DNA of 64,000 nt from Octopus sinensis. Lineage: Eukaryota. The stretch is from assembly GCF_006345805.1 (NCBI RefSeq), contig NC_043013.1:49042001-49106000 (forward strand). The letters run 5' to 3'. Each line of letters begins with the position of its first letter. The stretch's first letter is position 1. Below are positions 1-12,541 of the stretch, piece by piece. The notes under the pieces were generated by a model that saw only the letters and a program-made list of their open reading frames with translations, did not search any database and had not been told where the DNA came from. A program made the translations under genes and the position numbers.

Positions 1-216
1 GAAAGCTCAAAATAGGGAGTAATTAACGGTCAACAACTGAGGAGCGGTTAGACTCCTTTTGGTATTTTGTCCCGTACTTGTCTCTCATTATGTGTTTACT
101 TATTTTTCACTCGTTGGTAATGTCCTGTTCTTACTGTATATTTTTTTGGTAATTTGTCCTGTATATATCGCTCGTATGTCTACGTATTTTCACTCGTTGA
201 TGTCCCGTACTTGATG

Positions 217-323
<107 letters not shown>

Positions 324-595
324 ATAGATAGATAGATACATAGATAGATAGATATATACATATATATAAGTTAAAATCAAGGATAAAATCTATATAGGCT
401 TTTATCAAGTAATTAGCATGTAAAAACCGATTAAAGTAAAAATTAATACAAGGTATATAATTTTATAAATATAATTATTAAATTATAATAAGGGCAACTA
501 CGAAATAATGCCACATGCGATAAGACGCTAAATGGCCCTAAACTACTTTATCTATCACATAGACACGCGCTGAAAGATTTTTTGAAATAGTTTAT

Positions 596-655
596 CCATA
601 TATCGATCGATTTCCGGTTTAGTGACGTAATACCATTCTACCACCATCAGTATGA
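596..655 (-). ncRNA. Type I hammerhead ribozyme motif, degenerate (A9G)
   Basis: Minus strand reads UCAUA CUGAUGG [29-nt stem II] GAAA UCGAUCGA UA^UAUGG. Stem I is UCAUA/UAUGG; stem III is palindromic. Confidence 0.55.
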
Positions 656-1558
656 CATAACCAAAAATACACATAACCATACGAACACAACGTATCCACG
701 GTGCATGTATAAATGTTCGCAATTATATACAAGTTAAAAATGCTAGTTCGTTCATCTCAGCCACGTTCATCTCAACCAACATAATTCAGCAGTGAATAAA
801 TTTGGTCTTCTCGCTTGTGGCATTACTTGGTAGTTGCCCTTATTATAATTTTATAATTATATTTATGAAATTATATAATTTGTGAGTGTGTATATATATA
901 TATATATACGCACACACACACACAATCATACACACATATTAAAAGACAACACATATTCGTGAAGGCTTGTTCGTGGGCATACCGTTGCATACATTTTTGT
1001 ATACACAAATCTACACACATGCTCATGCATAGACTTTCAATCTATTCACACACTCTGACAAGAGTATTCCCAGTCGTACTCGTAAAGTGTACGCTACCCA
1101 GTTTGCGCATTGCAGTCTGCGCATTGCAATTTTGAATCTGTATGTATAGATACTCTGTAAACACACGTCGCCGTATGGGTTTGCAATCTCTATATCTCGG
1201 ACGCCTACATATGGATGCAAGCAGAACTATTCGCATTTTCGCTTTCACCGTTAATCAATCTAGACAAATGTCATAGTATTATCCGGAAATATGTCTCACC
1301 TATATTGTAAAATAAAATAAATTTCAGTGAACTAATTACAATCAGATTTCCAAAAGGGTAGATTGTATAGAAATGATTTGATATTGCTTAGAAGGTTGCG
1401 TTGTAAATTCTCCAGGAAAATGCTGCTGGTTTGGTAAACAATATTTCATTAGCGTTACAGCAGAGTTTATAATATATTTCAAGTGTCGTGGGACACGATA
1501 GTCTCACATACGGGTGGAAGAACATATTTTATTAATCCATGTGCAAGAGGAAATAATG

Positions 1559-1589
<31 letters not shown>

Positions 1590-1639
1590 GTGAGATAGAG
1601 AGTCAGCGAAATAGAGAGTCGCGACTGCGTAGCTTCTAT

Positions 1640-1900
1640 AATTCAGTCATTACACTTTGGCACCGGCTTGAATATTTTAGTCGAAAGGCAGTACTTCTTT
1701 TCTTGAAGCCTGATACTTATTCTATCGATCTCTTTTGCCGCACTGCTAGCTTACGGAGACGCAAACACACCAACACTGGTTATCAAGCAGTGGTGTGGAG
1801 ACAAACAGAGAGAAAGACACACACTTAGATATATATGAATAGGCGCAGGAATAGCTGTGGTTGGCTCGAGTCTATAGTACAAGACACTTGCCCAAGGTGC
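1640..1900 (-). mobile_element. SINE family B fragment (tRNA-derived, internal microsatellite)
   Basis: Shares tattctatcgatctcttttgccg...acttacgg and gacacttgcccaaggtgccacg blocks with the fuller copies at 8926, 32045 and 55107. Confidence 0.7.
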
Positions 1901-1934
1901 CACGTACATTTAAACAACCAACCGTTCCTCCTGG

Positions 1935-3500
1935 GGCACAACTGATTGTATCTTTACTGTCAGACAATTTACAAGAGAAGTGCACTGAACAGAACCTTGC
2001 CCTATACAATTACTTTGTTGATTTGAGCAAAGCATTCGATAATGTTAATCGAAATGCTCTGTGACTAATTCTTAGGAAAATAGGTTGCCCAGAAAAATTT
2101 GTAAACATGATCAGGGCTTTGCATAAAGATATGAAAGCTAGAGTTAACTTTGTGATAGGCTCTTTGAATCTTTTGCTATGGAAAATGGAGTAAAGCAAGG
2201 TGACCTTGATGCACCCACCCTCTTTGCAATATACTTAGCTGCTGTGTTGTCACATGCTTTTCAAAACTCCGAGGAGGGTATTTACATACACTATCGAACA
2301 ACAGGGAATGCTTTTAATCTGACGCTTTTAATTCAAAACGAAGGTTTTTACTTCACTCATTAGGGAACTTTTATACGCCGACGATTGCGATCTTGTCAGT
2401 CATTCTGAAACAGGCCTGCAATCTCTTGCATCTGCATTTCACTCAGCTTGTGAGGATTTTAGCTTGACCATCAGCTTGTAATGCATCAACCTGCATCTGG
2501 TGCTGTTTGTAACCCCACTAAAATTTTTGTTAAGGGTAAGTTACTTGAGGGGGTCGATTCGTTCATCTGTCTTGCAAGCTCTGTACAAAATCTTGATACA
2601 GAAATACATCTGTGAATTCAAAGGGTAGCAAAAGCATTTGGTGGCTTGGAGTCACGTGTTTGCTGCCAGCGACATATAAATAAGAATACAAAGCTGCCTC
2701 TTTACAAATCATTTGTCTTACCACCCCTGTTGTATTCCTGTGAAACGATGAAAGGTATTTTAAATTGTTGGAACAATTCCACCAAAATGCCTTCATCACA
2801 TTTTAAGCAATAAATGGAGTTCTTTTACTCCAAACACAGATGTCCTTGTATCTGCAGGCATCACCTCAATTAAAGCTATGATTTTGAGGAACCAAATGAT
2901 ATGGAGTGGCCATATTGTTTGAATGGCGGATGAACGTACGCCGAAACAGCCCTTTTACGGTGAGCTTGCAGAGAGGAAACGCTATCGGCTTAAACCTAAA
3001 AAAAGGTTTAAGGACGGCATAAGGTCTACTATGAAGTCACCTGGAATGGATCCAGGAGACGAAGAAACCCTTGCTTCGGATCAAGTTGGATGGCGAACAA
3101 AACTGTGGAGTGGAGTGAGAGCGTTTGAAGAGGCCAGGATAACGCATGTAAGACTCAAAAGAGATCTAAGGAAGGATGTTACGATAGAGAAGGAGAATGA
3201 TAATGACTTTTTTGTGTGCACAGTTTGTGACAGACCATGCCTTTCTTTTACTGGGTTCAAATCTCATTTGCGAACCCATGGAAAGCGAACCTCCACCAAC
3301 TATTCTGCCTATATGTCTGTGCACACTTTTGAATGCAGTGTATGTTAGTAGGTTTGCAAATCTAACAGTGGCTCCCAAAAGACATTTTAAGATCCACAAA
3401 TATCAGAACTTATCTGCAGCTCTTTGGGTTCAAATCGGATGTGCAATCTATGTGGATATCTTTTCAGAACAATGTCATCTGATGCCACATCATATGCCAT
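1935..3500 (+). mobile_element. Degenerate, 5'-truncated RTE/BovB-type LINE
   Basis: Broken frames encode FVDLSKAFDNVNR, NGVKQGD..APTLF, LYADDC (RT), then ERTPKQPFYGEL...KKRFKD and a C-terminal CxxC...H.RTH zinc finger. Confidence 0.85.
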
Positions 3501-3560
3501 GCTTGTTCAAAGGTGTAGGTACAGGAGGTGGTCAAACTCTGCATAAGGAGTAGACAGCCA

Positions 3561-3603
<43 letters not shown>

Positions 3604-3850
3604 GTGTTATTCATCAAATGTCATTATCAGAACATTTATTCAAAATATTCTATAATTTTTTACACCACTGGTTTTCAATTCTTTTTTTCCACGCCTCATT
3701 TTGATCTTCCCCCAAACCTGAAACTCGCTTGGATAACGTTTCTATGTAGTACAGATATGTGTGTGTCTGTGTGTTCAAAAGAAGTTTTAAATAAAATTTT
3801 TATTGCAAATTTTATTCACTTTTCTACTTAAAGATAGAAAAAGAGAGGCG

Positions 3851-3884
<34 letters not shown>

Positions 3885-3989
3885 CAGAAAGATATTAAAT
3901 GACAAATTTTTTAGTTCAACTAATAACTCTAAAGTAGCAAAAAGCGGATGCTTTTTAATAAAAAATATGCGCTCATTTTCTCGATAAGC

Positions 3990-4260
3990 TTCCTTGGAAG
4001 ATTATTTTATGAAACCGCCCTCAGCTTCGACGACTACTTCAGTGCGGCACCAGAGTCGTTGAGATATCTGCACTAAAAGGTTCTTAATGATTCCCAGCAT
4101 AATGTGGACAATGGTGGCTTTCAATGAAGCTATGGTATTCTCAGGATATTGATTAGCTTTACTTTCAACAACGCTTCAAACGTATTAGACCGTTGGATAA
4201 ATCGCGGAGTCTGTAGCATCCGAACATTTAGAATGATTATTTTTTTTTCTCTTTGACACA
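3990..4260 (-). mobile_element. Tc1/mariner-type transposase C-terminal relic
   Basis: Minus frame ends ...SLKATIVHIM...QRLWCRTEVVVEAEGGFIK*, resembling the 'FRxRIEAVVxAxGGxIE*' end of Tc1/mariner transposases. Confidence 0.5.
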
Positions 4261-4633
4261 GTTGATACGCTCCTCCCAGAGGCTTCTTATTTCAACTGAA
4301 CTTTGTGTTAGCAACTTCTAAGTCGTAGTGATCCGCACATCTGGTAACAATGAGAGCATGTCTTAGATTTCTTGTATTAGTATTTTATCCCCATGCTGGA
4401 TCTGAAAGAAATAAGAGCATTTTAATTAATACGAGGAGAGAGTAATTTACTGAAAATTATATATCCTCAAATACATCTTGTATACACTCACACACACACG
4501 CACACATTCATATACACATACACACACACACATTCATATACACGCACATACACACGCACACCCACCCACCCACACACACACACACACACACCACACACAC
4601 ACACACTCATTCATATACACACACACACACATT

Positions 4634-4668
<35 letters not shown>

Positions 4669-4772
4669 TCATATACACGCACAGACACACGCATACCCAC
4701 AATCAGATATTTATTTACTTTTGGAAATATAAATGCGAACAAAGTCTACTGAGTATATCTAGTGGTAAATCG

Positions 4773-5221
4773 GGATCTTTTCGGTTTGAACGGCAGTTTT
4801 TTCTAGCGGTGTCATATGAAATTGTCACCCATAATTATGACCCTAGTATCGATCTATTGCATTTCAATCTCTTTTAGGGTTAGGGTTAGGGTTAGAATTA
4901 GGGTTAGTTAGGGTTAGGGTTAGGGGTGGGGGAAGGGTATCTTTTTTTTCTTCACAAATGTTAATAAACCCGATCTGTTTCTTAAACGAGGGACATATTC
5001 ATACGGTACGGAATGTTATTTACCTCAATGGACGTCAGTGATTGGTTGAAATTGCAGAAATTGAAGAAAAAACAACAAATATCTTACAAACTATAGAATT
5101 TTCTCAATAAAGCCAAGAGAAAAAGATGTTTTATAAACACATTCTACCAGTATAAGAAGTTTAAATTTTTTTAGTTACCTAGAAATTATGTTAAAAACTG
5201 CCGTTCAAACCGAAAAGATCC
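4773..5221. mobile_element. MITE with ~28-bp TIRs, 8-bp TSD and internal TTAGGG repeats (Merlin-like)
   Basis: GGATCTTTTCGGTTTGAACGGCAGTTTT ... AAAACTGCCGTTCAAACCGAAAAGATCC; TSD GTAAATCG at 4765-4772 and 5222-5229. Confidence 0.92.
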
Positions 5222-5731
5222 GTAAATCGATGTCAGTCACTAAATAAAGTACACTGGATCAACCCCCAGACCTCAGTAATCAATCCGCTAACATATTCCC
5301 TCGTCATCCAGAAACACTATCCTGTCCCAATACCTCCAGAAACTGATGGACAGTAGACGTGATAGAGTCCATTTAGCAGGAGTACAATAATAATTGCAGA
5401 TCGTGCAATAATGAAACAAAAGGTTGGATCATTCTTATATTTTATTTCCTATCTACCCCATCCCATCCCACACTATAAACTCTGATAATCCCCAAATTCT
5501 TTGTTCTGACCAAATATACACTATTCTGCCAACTGAATGGTAGCAGCATCAGTATAAATATTTTTACTCAGTGAATTTGTTAACTATTTTGAATAAATTG
5601 AACTGTCGAATTTATTGGACGAAAATGGATTCTTTACAATGATGTAATGTTCTCATTGATCAATAAAAAAATTAAGAGTCGTTAGAAACACCTTAATGAT
5701 TTGACACCTGTACATCTTTGTTACTCACTTA

Positions 5732-5795
<64 letters not shown>

Positions 5796-5892
5796 ACGGG
5801 AAAGTTTACGAAAATAAACAAAAGACGAAGGCAGGTGGAGTACAAACAAACAAATGTATTAGTATAGCGCTCAGGAATAGAAATAGAAAAAA

Positions 5893-5930
5893 TCTTTTAC
5901 GTTTCGAGCCTACGCTCTTCGACAGAAAGA
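5893..5930 (-). ncRNA. Minimal type I hammerhead ribozyme motif (A6U variant) in a ~230-bp (TA)n-flanked cassette
   Basis: Minus strand reads UCUUU CUGUCGA A GAGC GUAG GCUC GAAAC GUA^AAAGA; stems I and II pair fully. Confidence 0.65.
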
Positions 5931-6041
5931 TACACGGAAAAAAAACAAGGGGAGCAACAAGGAGAGAAAAGAACAAGGAGAGAAAAAATATGTGTGTAGG
6001 AGCTAACGATATATCATGGCGTATATATATGTATATATATT

Positions 6042-6420
6042 GGAGGCACAATGGCCCAGTGGTTAGGGCAGCGGACTCGCGGTCATAGGATCGCGGTTTC
6101 GATTCCCAGACCGGGCGTTGTGAATGTTTATTGAGCGAAAACACCTAAAGCTCCACGAGGCTCCGGCAGGGGATGGTGATGATCCCTGCTGTACTCTTTC
6201 CCCACAACTTTCTCTCATTCTTACTTTCTGTTTCTGTTCTACCTGTACTTCAAAGGGCCGGCCTTGTCACTCTCTGTGTCACGCTGAATATCCCCGAGAA
6301 CTACGTTAGGAGTGCACGTGTCTGTGGAGTGCTCAGCCACTTACACGTTAATTTCACGAGCAGGCTGTTCCGTTGATTCGGATCAACCGGAACCCTCATC
6401 GTCGTAACCGACGGAGTGTT
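6042..6420 (+). mobile_element. SINE family A (tRNA head)
   Basis: A box TGGCCCAGTGG, B box GGTTTCGATTCC; ~380 bp; closely similar copy at 8232-8610. Confidence 0.88.
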
Positions 6421-6846
6421 TCCATATGCATACAAGTTTTAAATTTGGTTTCTCCTTATAGGAGTCGAAAATTAAAATAAATATAGGGCTGCAAATAGAA
6501 GTACTCAAGTAAAAAAAATCCGAGGCAAAAGATAAACACAGTGGTTAAAAAATAAACATCAGAAATGGGCAAACAACTTTATATCATCCCCATATATTCA
6601 CATCGTTGAATACCAGGGTGTTCAGAACACAATACCAGGGTGTTCAGCACACCAAATCCGAAGGTATAAGAATATACATATATACACATATAAAAACGTG
6701 TGAAAAACCTTTAAAGAACGATGCGTATGAAGAAAATACATGGAGAAATTATGAATATATATATAGCAAGGCGACTAAAATTGTTTTAAAATGATTAAAC
6801 TATTAAAGGTAAAAGGAATCCGGAATAATGTCCATTGTACATATAT

Positions 6847-7011
6847 GCGACAGGCTTCTTTCAGTTTCCGTCTACCAAATCCACTCAGAAGGCTTTGGTT
6901 GACCCAAGGCTATAGTAGAAGACACTAACCGAAGGTGCCACGCAGGGGGACTGAACCCGGAACCATATGGTTCGTAAGCAAGTTACTTACCACACAGCCA
7001 CTCCTACGCCT
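6847..7011 (-). mobile_element. SINE family B, 5' half
   Basis: Reverse complement of the ggcg(c/t)aggagtggctgtgtggtaag... head seen at 7661. Confidence 0.85.
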
Positions 7012-7660
7012 ATTGATTAAACGCTTCTAGCTAAGATCATCTCTATTGTCTTTTAGGCATCATCTATCAAGGATTATATTATCCAATACGTTTTTAACTT
7101 TTCCCGTAGGCTCTAATCTGAGGGAAATATGGCTACTATGTTCTGCAGGTTATATAAACACTTAGACGCTTCTTTGTTGATTCTATTATAACTTTGTTCT
7201 ATCATAACGTTCTGGGTAAAAAATACAACATATTTATAGTCAATATAATACAGATACAGTGGTAAAGTGTAATGCTACACTCATCTTTATCTCACCAGAG
7301 TTAAATGTCATCAAGAGATAGAAAAATTGAAAAGTGATATATATTCATATTGCAGTTAGCAAACAGAACACAAGACAATAGCTAAATATGACATCAAAAA
7401 GCTCTTATCGGAGATGAAACATTCAGATCATGTATAGAAGTGAAGGATTAAAAATTATGTTGCTTTAGATAAGTTTTCCAATAATAAACAATGCATTTTA
7501 AATGGAAGCTGTATAAAATATTTAAAGAATCTGAGATTAAATATACTTAAAATATTATCTGTCCGGTATATCATTTCTGTTACTAAGACTGCTTCAGTGT
7601 CTTTTGACTTTCAACAATAAGACGTCCACGTATAAACATCAGTAACATTATATATATATA

Positions 7661-7968
7661 GGCGCAGCAGTGGCTGTGTGGTAAGTAGGTTGCTTACCAA
7701 CCACATGGTTCCGGGCTCAGTCCCACTGCGTGGCACCTCTTCTACTATAGCATCGGGCCGATCAAAACCTTGTGAGTGGATTTGGTAGACGGAAACTTAA
7801 AGAAGCCCGTCGTATATATGTATACATATATATATATATATGTATGTGTGTGTATATGTTTGTGTGTCTGTGTTTGTCCCGCCAAAATCGCTTGACAACC
7901 GATGCTTGTGTGTTTACGTCCCCGAAACTTAGCGATTCGGCAAAAGAGACCGATAGAGTAAGTGCTAG
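7661..7968 (+). mobile_element. SINE family B
   Basis: Head ggcgcagcagtggctgtgtggtaagt, body ggatttggtagacggaaact, internal TA/GT microsatellite, then gagaccgataga. Confidence 0.88.
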
Positions 7969-8231
7969 TAAGTGCATTACAACCTTTTAACAGCGGAGGT
8001 CAGCATCTGTCCCTTGCTGGTTCAACAACCACAGACTAATTTCGGAGCATTTGCTCCTTTTCAATGTGGAGTAGCCGAACCTAGCAGACGTCGCTGCTGA
8101 CTGTCCGAAGGTTTATTTATATATATTCAGTGGAACACATCCACTGGTTTTCAAAAATAGAAATATTAATATTTCTAAATCACTCTAAAGGAGACTGCAG
8201 CTTTGACTACTATAATTTTCTGACTCTCCTT

Positions 8232-8610
8232 GGAGGTGCAATGGCCCAGTGGTTAGGGCAGCGGACTCGCGGTCGTAGGATCGCGGTTTCGATTCCCAGA
8301 CTGGGCATTGTGAGTGTTTATTGAGCGAAAACACCTAAAGCTTCACAAGGCTTCTGCAGGGGGTGGTGGTGAACCCTGCTGTACTCTTTCACCACAACTT
8401 TCTCTCACTCTTTCTTCCTGTTTCTGTTGTACCTGTATTTCAAAGGGCCAGCCTTGTCACACTCTGTGTCACGCTGAATCTCCTCGAGAACTACGTTAAG
8501 GGTACACGTATCTGTGGAGTGCTCAGCCACTTGCACGTTAATTCCACGAGCAAGCTGTTCCGTTGATCGTATCAGCTGGGACCCTCATCGTCGTAACCGA
8601 CGGAGTGCTC
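8232..8610 (+). mobile_element. SINE family A (tRNA head)
   Basis: Second copy of the 6042-6420 element. Confidence 0.88.
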
Positions 8611-8925
8611 CTATTTCTGACTCTTCTTGTGTATTCCCTACTGATAATTTGTTTCGTTTTTTCATTTCTTTTTATCTCGTTTGCTTTCAGTATTCCCAAG
8701 TACTTATAACTCTCTTCTTTCTCGGTCGCTCTCATTGTTTGCCCATTTGGCATTTCAGTACCCTGGCTTCTTTCAAATCTTCCTCCTTTCATTTTCAATA
8801 TAACGCGGTTTTCTATCCCAAATTCCATTCCTACCTCATTTGAGAAAAGTACGTACAAGAATTTCAAGCTGTTTCTCATTTTTCGCATAAAACTTTATAT
8901 CATCCATGATAAAGAGATTATTTAT

Positions 8926-9329
8926 CTCTCTTTTACTCTCTTTTACTTGTTTCAGTCATTTGACTGCGGCCATGCTGGAGCACCGCCTTTTAGTCGAGCA
9001 AATCGACCCCGGGACTTATTCTTTTGCAAGCCCAGTACTTATTCTATCGGTCTCTTTTGCCGAAACGCTAAGTGACGGGGACGTAAACACACCAGCATCG
9101 GTTGTCAAGCAATGCTAGGGGGACAAACACAGACACACAAACATATACACACACATACATCTATATATATACATATATACGACAGGCTTCTTTCAGTTTC
9201 CGTCTACCAAATCCACTCACAAGGCATTGGTCGGTCCGGGGCTATAGCAGAAGACATTTGCCCAAGGTGCCACGCAGTGGGACTGAACCCAGAACCATGT
9301 GGTTGGTTAGCAAACTACTTACCACACAG
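8926..9329 (-). mobile_element. SINE family B (near full length) inserted in LINE
   Basis: Same element as 32045-32430 and 55107-55513. Confidence 0.88.
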
Positions 9330-9664
9330 TTCATTTCCTTTTCCCAAATTGTAAGCAATTTTAATTTTTCGTAGTATCATAGTAAGCATTGTCATGGCCA
9401 ATACAAATACTAAGGGAGATAAGCTATCACCTTTGAATATTCTACGTCTGATGTTCACGGTCCTGAATTTTTGTTTTCCTTCGATCAATTCAGTATTCCA
9501 AAGTTTCATTCTTTAATCAAGCGTTTTCACCATGATTTTTGCTCATTGTTTTACTTATCCAACTGTGTGGCACCATCTCATATGCTTTTTTTGTAATCTA
9601 GCCATACTACATCCAGTCTCGTCAATCTGCGTCTACAATTTCTAATTACCATTTTATCAAGTAA

Positions 9665-10065
9665 CTAGCAGTATCGCCCGGCGTTGCTCGGGTTTGTAAG
9701 GGAAATAACTATATAACCATTTTTAGAGAGTTATAGCCAAAAATAGCAAAAAAAATGCATTAAAAATGGAAAAAAATGATGGTAATTTTTTTTTTAAATC
9801 GTTGGCTCATCGTACACATTTTTAGAGAGTTACTTCCCTTATATAATAGCGAAAAATATGCATTAAAATGGAAAAAAATTATGGTAAAGTTTTTTAAAAA
9901 TCGTAGACTCATCGTAGATGCGCGCTAATACCCAGAAGGGCTCGATATGAATCGCGACTACAAGATACCCAGTTTTGGTTAAACTGCACCGCAAAATGTG
10001 GGAGTAGTTAGAAATCTAAATCGTAGGAGACAGACAGCACACAACCTTACTTTTATATATAAAGA
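9665..10065 (-). mobile_element. Non-autonomous Helitron
   Basis: On the minus strand: 5'-TC start, subterminal hairpin CCCG-AGCAACGC-CGGG, CTAG-3' end, A^T insertion site with no TSD; homologous to 26567-26961. Confidence 0.8.
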
Positions 10066-10233
10066 TAAGTAATCGTTTGCGGCCCTACTTTGTTTCCTGC
10101 AACCTTTCTGTTCCGGAAGTAGATTATTTCTTTCCAGAAGGGTGTATAACTCTTCCGACACGACACCGGTCATAAGCTTCCACATTAGTCGTAGACAGGT
10201 TATAGGTTAAAAATTTGATACCAAGTTCCCTTT

Positions 10234-10325
<92 letters not shown>

Positions 10326-10340
10326 TGTGTGTGTGTGTGT

Positions 10341-11089
10341 TTGCCCTCCTACCACCTCTTGACAACTGGTGGTAGGTGTTTATGTTCCCGTAAATTAACG
10401 ATCCAGGAAAAGAAAGACCGATAGAATAAGCACCAGGCTTTAAAAAAAAGTATTGCGGCCTATTTATTTCGACTGAAATCCTTTAAGGCATTGCCCCAGC
10501 ATGGCTCTAATCAAAGGATTGCAAGAAGTAAAAGATAACAAATATGGAATTTTAGTAACAGCAATTTTCAGTGACTGTATATAAGAGTTTAACGTTAATA
10601 TCTGCCGCATGTTATGAATGTACATAGACAAATCTACAAAATATCAACTTAGATTAATAATTTCGCGTGCGACCGACTCTTGTGTGTGTATGTGTGTGTG
10701 TTTGTGTGCGTGTGTGTGTGTGTGTGTTTGCCCTCCTACCACCTCTTGACAACTGGTGGTAGGTGTTTATGTTCCCGTAAATTAACGATCCAGGAAAAGA
10801 AAGACCGATAGAATAAGCACCAGGCTTTAAAAAAAAGTATTGCGGCCTATTTATTTCGACTGAAATCCTTTAAGGCATTGCCCCAGCATGGCTTTAATCA
10901 AAGGATTGCAAGAAGTAAAAGATAACAAATATGGAATTTTAGTAACAGCAATTTTCAGTGACTGTATATAAGAGTTTAACGTTAATATCTGCCGCATGTT
11001 ATGAATGTACATAGACAAATCTACAAAATATCAACTTAGATCAATAATTTCGCGTGCGACCGACTCTTGTGTGTGTATGTGTGTGTGTT

Positions 11090-11127
<38 letters not shown>

Positions 11128-11128
11128 C
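10341..11128. repeat. Direct tandem duplication, period ~387 bp
   Basis: Unit starting ttgccctcctaccacc at 10341 and at 10728; I see 2 substitutions outside the GT tracts that bound the units. Confidence 0.92.
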
Positions 11129-11248
11129 GTGAGTTAAATGGAAAATCATTTATTATATTTTTTATCCCAGTAAGAGAACAAATATTGAGCCGCAACCATT
11201 TCAGTAAATGCTTAATTTATGCGAACTAATTTAAATATATTTTTTCAG

Positions 11249-11316
11249 GAGTAGCGGAAGTGGTGAACCGAGTCGATGGATACCCCTTTGATGATCAAGA
11301 TGACCAACTATTTGAA
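11249..11316 (+). CDS. PDE11A: PDE11-like exon A (end of GAF-B): (G)VAEVVNRVDGYPFDDQDDQLFE
   Basis: tttttcag|GA...TTTGAA|gtgagt; 68 nt, phase 1 in, phase 0 out; matches the GAF N(K/R)xxGxxFDDxD motif. Confidence 0.92.
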
Positions 11317-11335
11317 GTGAGTGATTAACTATTAA

Positions 11336-11450
<115 letters not shown>

Positions 11451-11532
11451 TTCGTATAAATATAAATATGCCCTCAAAAAAGAAACAATACCTGATACAC
11501 AAATCACCACTCACCACAAACAAACACGCACG

Positions 11533-11571
<39 letters not shown>

Positions 11572-11710
11572 ACACACACACTCTATAATTCTGAGATTAT
11601 TCTCTATGACTCGTGTGAGTCTCGTGAGTTTTCCATGCCACGTAAGTCTAACTCAAGACTGAATTTTAGATTGCAGTATTTGTCACAATTTTGATAAGAC
11701 TATTGTTGGA

Positions 11711-11777
<67 letters not shown>

Positions 11778-11780
<3 letters not shown>

Positions 11781-12056
11781 TGCCCTGATGCAGCACCAGG
11801 CAGTGGCTCTCGTGGCTTCTGATCTTAACTGATTGTAAGTGTTATCATGTACATTGTTTTGTCTTGGTATAAAAGATGGGTTACAGCAAATATTCTGCTC
11901 AATACCACAGATTTGCTTGTCAGTTGTTTGACCTTAACCAGTTGAGCATGTCCCTTAGTGGCTGACGATATGTGCATCTCTGATCACGAGCAGAAGTAGT
12001 GGGGGAGCATATTTTACCCCAGTGTCACTTTGATGGCATGAACTGCTCTCTCACTC

Positions 12057-12058
<2 letters not shown>
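11778..12058. mobile_element. (AAT)n-flanked non-coding element, internally deleted copy
   Basis: Both ends match 51962-52515; about 280 bp of the middle is missing; embedded in AAT arrays. Confidence 0.85.
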
Positions 12059-12088
<30 letters not shown>

Positions 12089-12337
12089 TACCGACGACAA
12101 CAACAACAACAGGAAAGTTTTTTTCTTTATTATCCACAAAAAGGCCGAATGGTACAGAAAAATATAAAGAAACAGTGACGTTGGGATTTTTGGAAAGAAT
12201 TTCCACAAAGCGTTTTCAAAACTTTTCCGGTAACCAACGCGAAAGCTGAATCATCAGAGCTTAATTAAAGACCGAGTTGTGGTTCTGTACCACGTTGTAC
12301 CTCCTCCAGTCGGAACCATCACACATATTTTGTTTCC

Positions 12338-12541
12338 GGATCCTTTCGGTTTGAACGGCAGTTTTTTTCTAGCGGTGTCATATGAAAAACAACAACAAAT
12401 ATCTTACAAACTATAGAATTTTCTCAATAAAGCCAAGAGAAAAAGATGTTTTATAAACACATTCTACCAGTATGCGAAGTTTAAAATTATTTAGTTACGT
12501 GGAAATTATGTTAAAAACTGCCGTTCAAACCGAAAAGATCC
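12338..12541. mobile_element. Internally deleted copy of the 4773 MITE (lacks TTAGGG tract)
   Basis: Same TIRs; sequence jumps from gtcatatgaa to aaacaacaacaaatatc; no clear TSD. Confidence 0.88.

Larger units (their letters stand above)
8615..10215 (-). mobile_element. Dong/R4-like LINE RT fragment interrupted by a SINE and a Helitron
   Basis: Minus pieces read LMTGVV...[15 protein letters not shown]|LLLDKM...IFKGDSLSPLVFV...|FIMDDIKFY...YKYLGI. The frame rejoins across the Helitron. Confidence 0.8.

Noticed and set aside
4875-4932. TTAGGG tract as a real telomere or fusion scar
   Set aside because: It is short and sits at the same position inside a multi-copy MITE.
6042-6115. tRNA gene
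   Set aside because: A and B boxes are present, but the sequence continues into a 300-bp SINE body repeated at 8232; no convincing acceptor stem.
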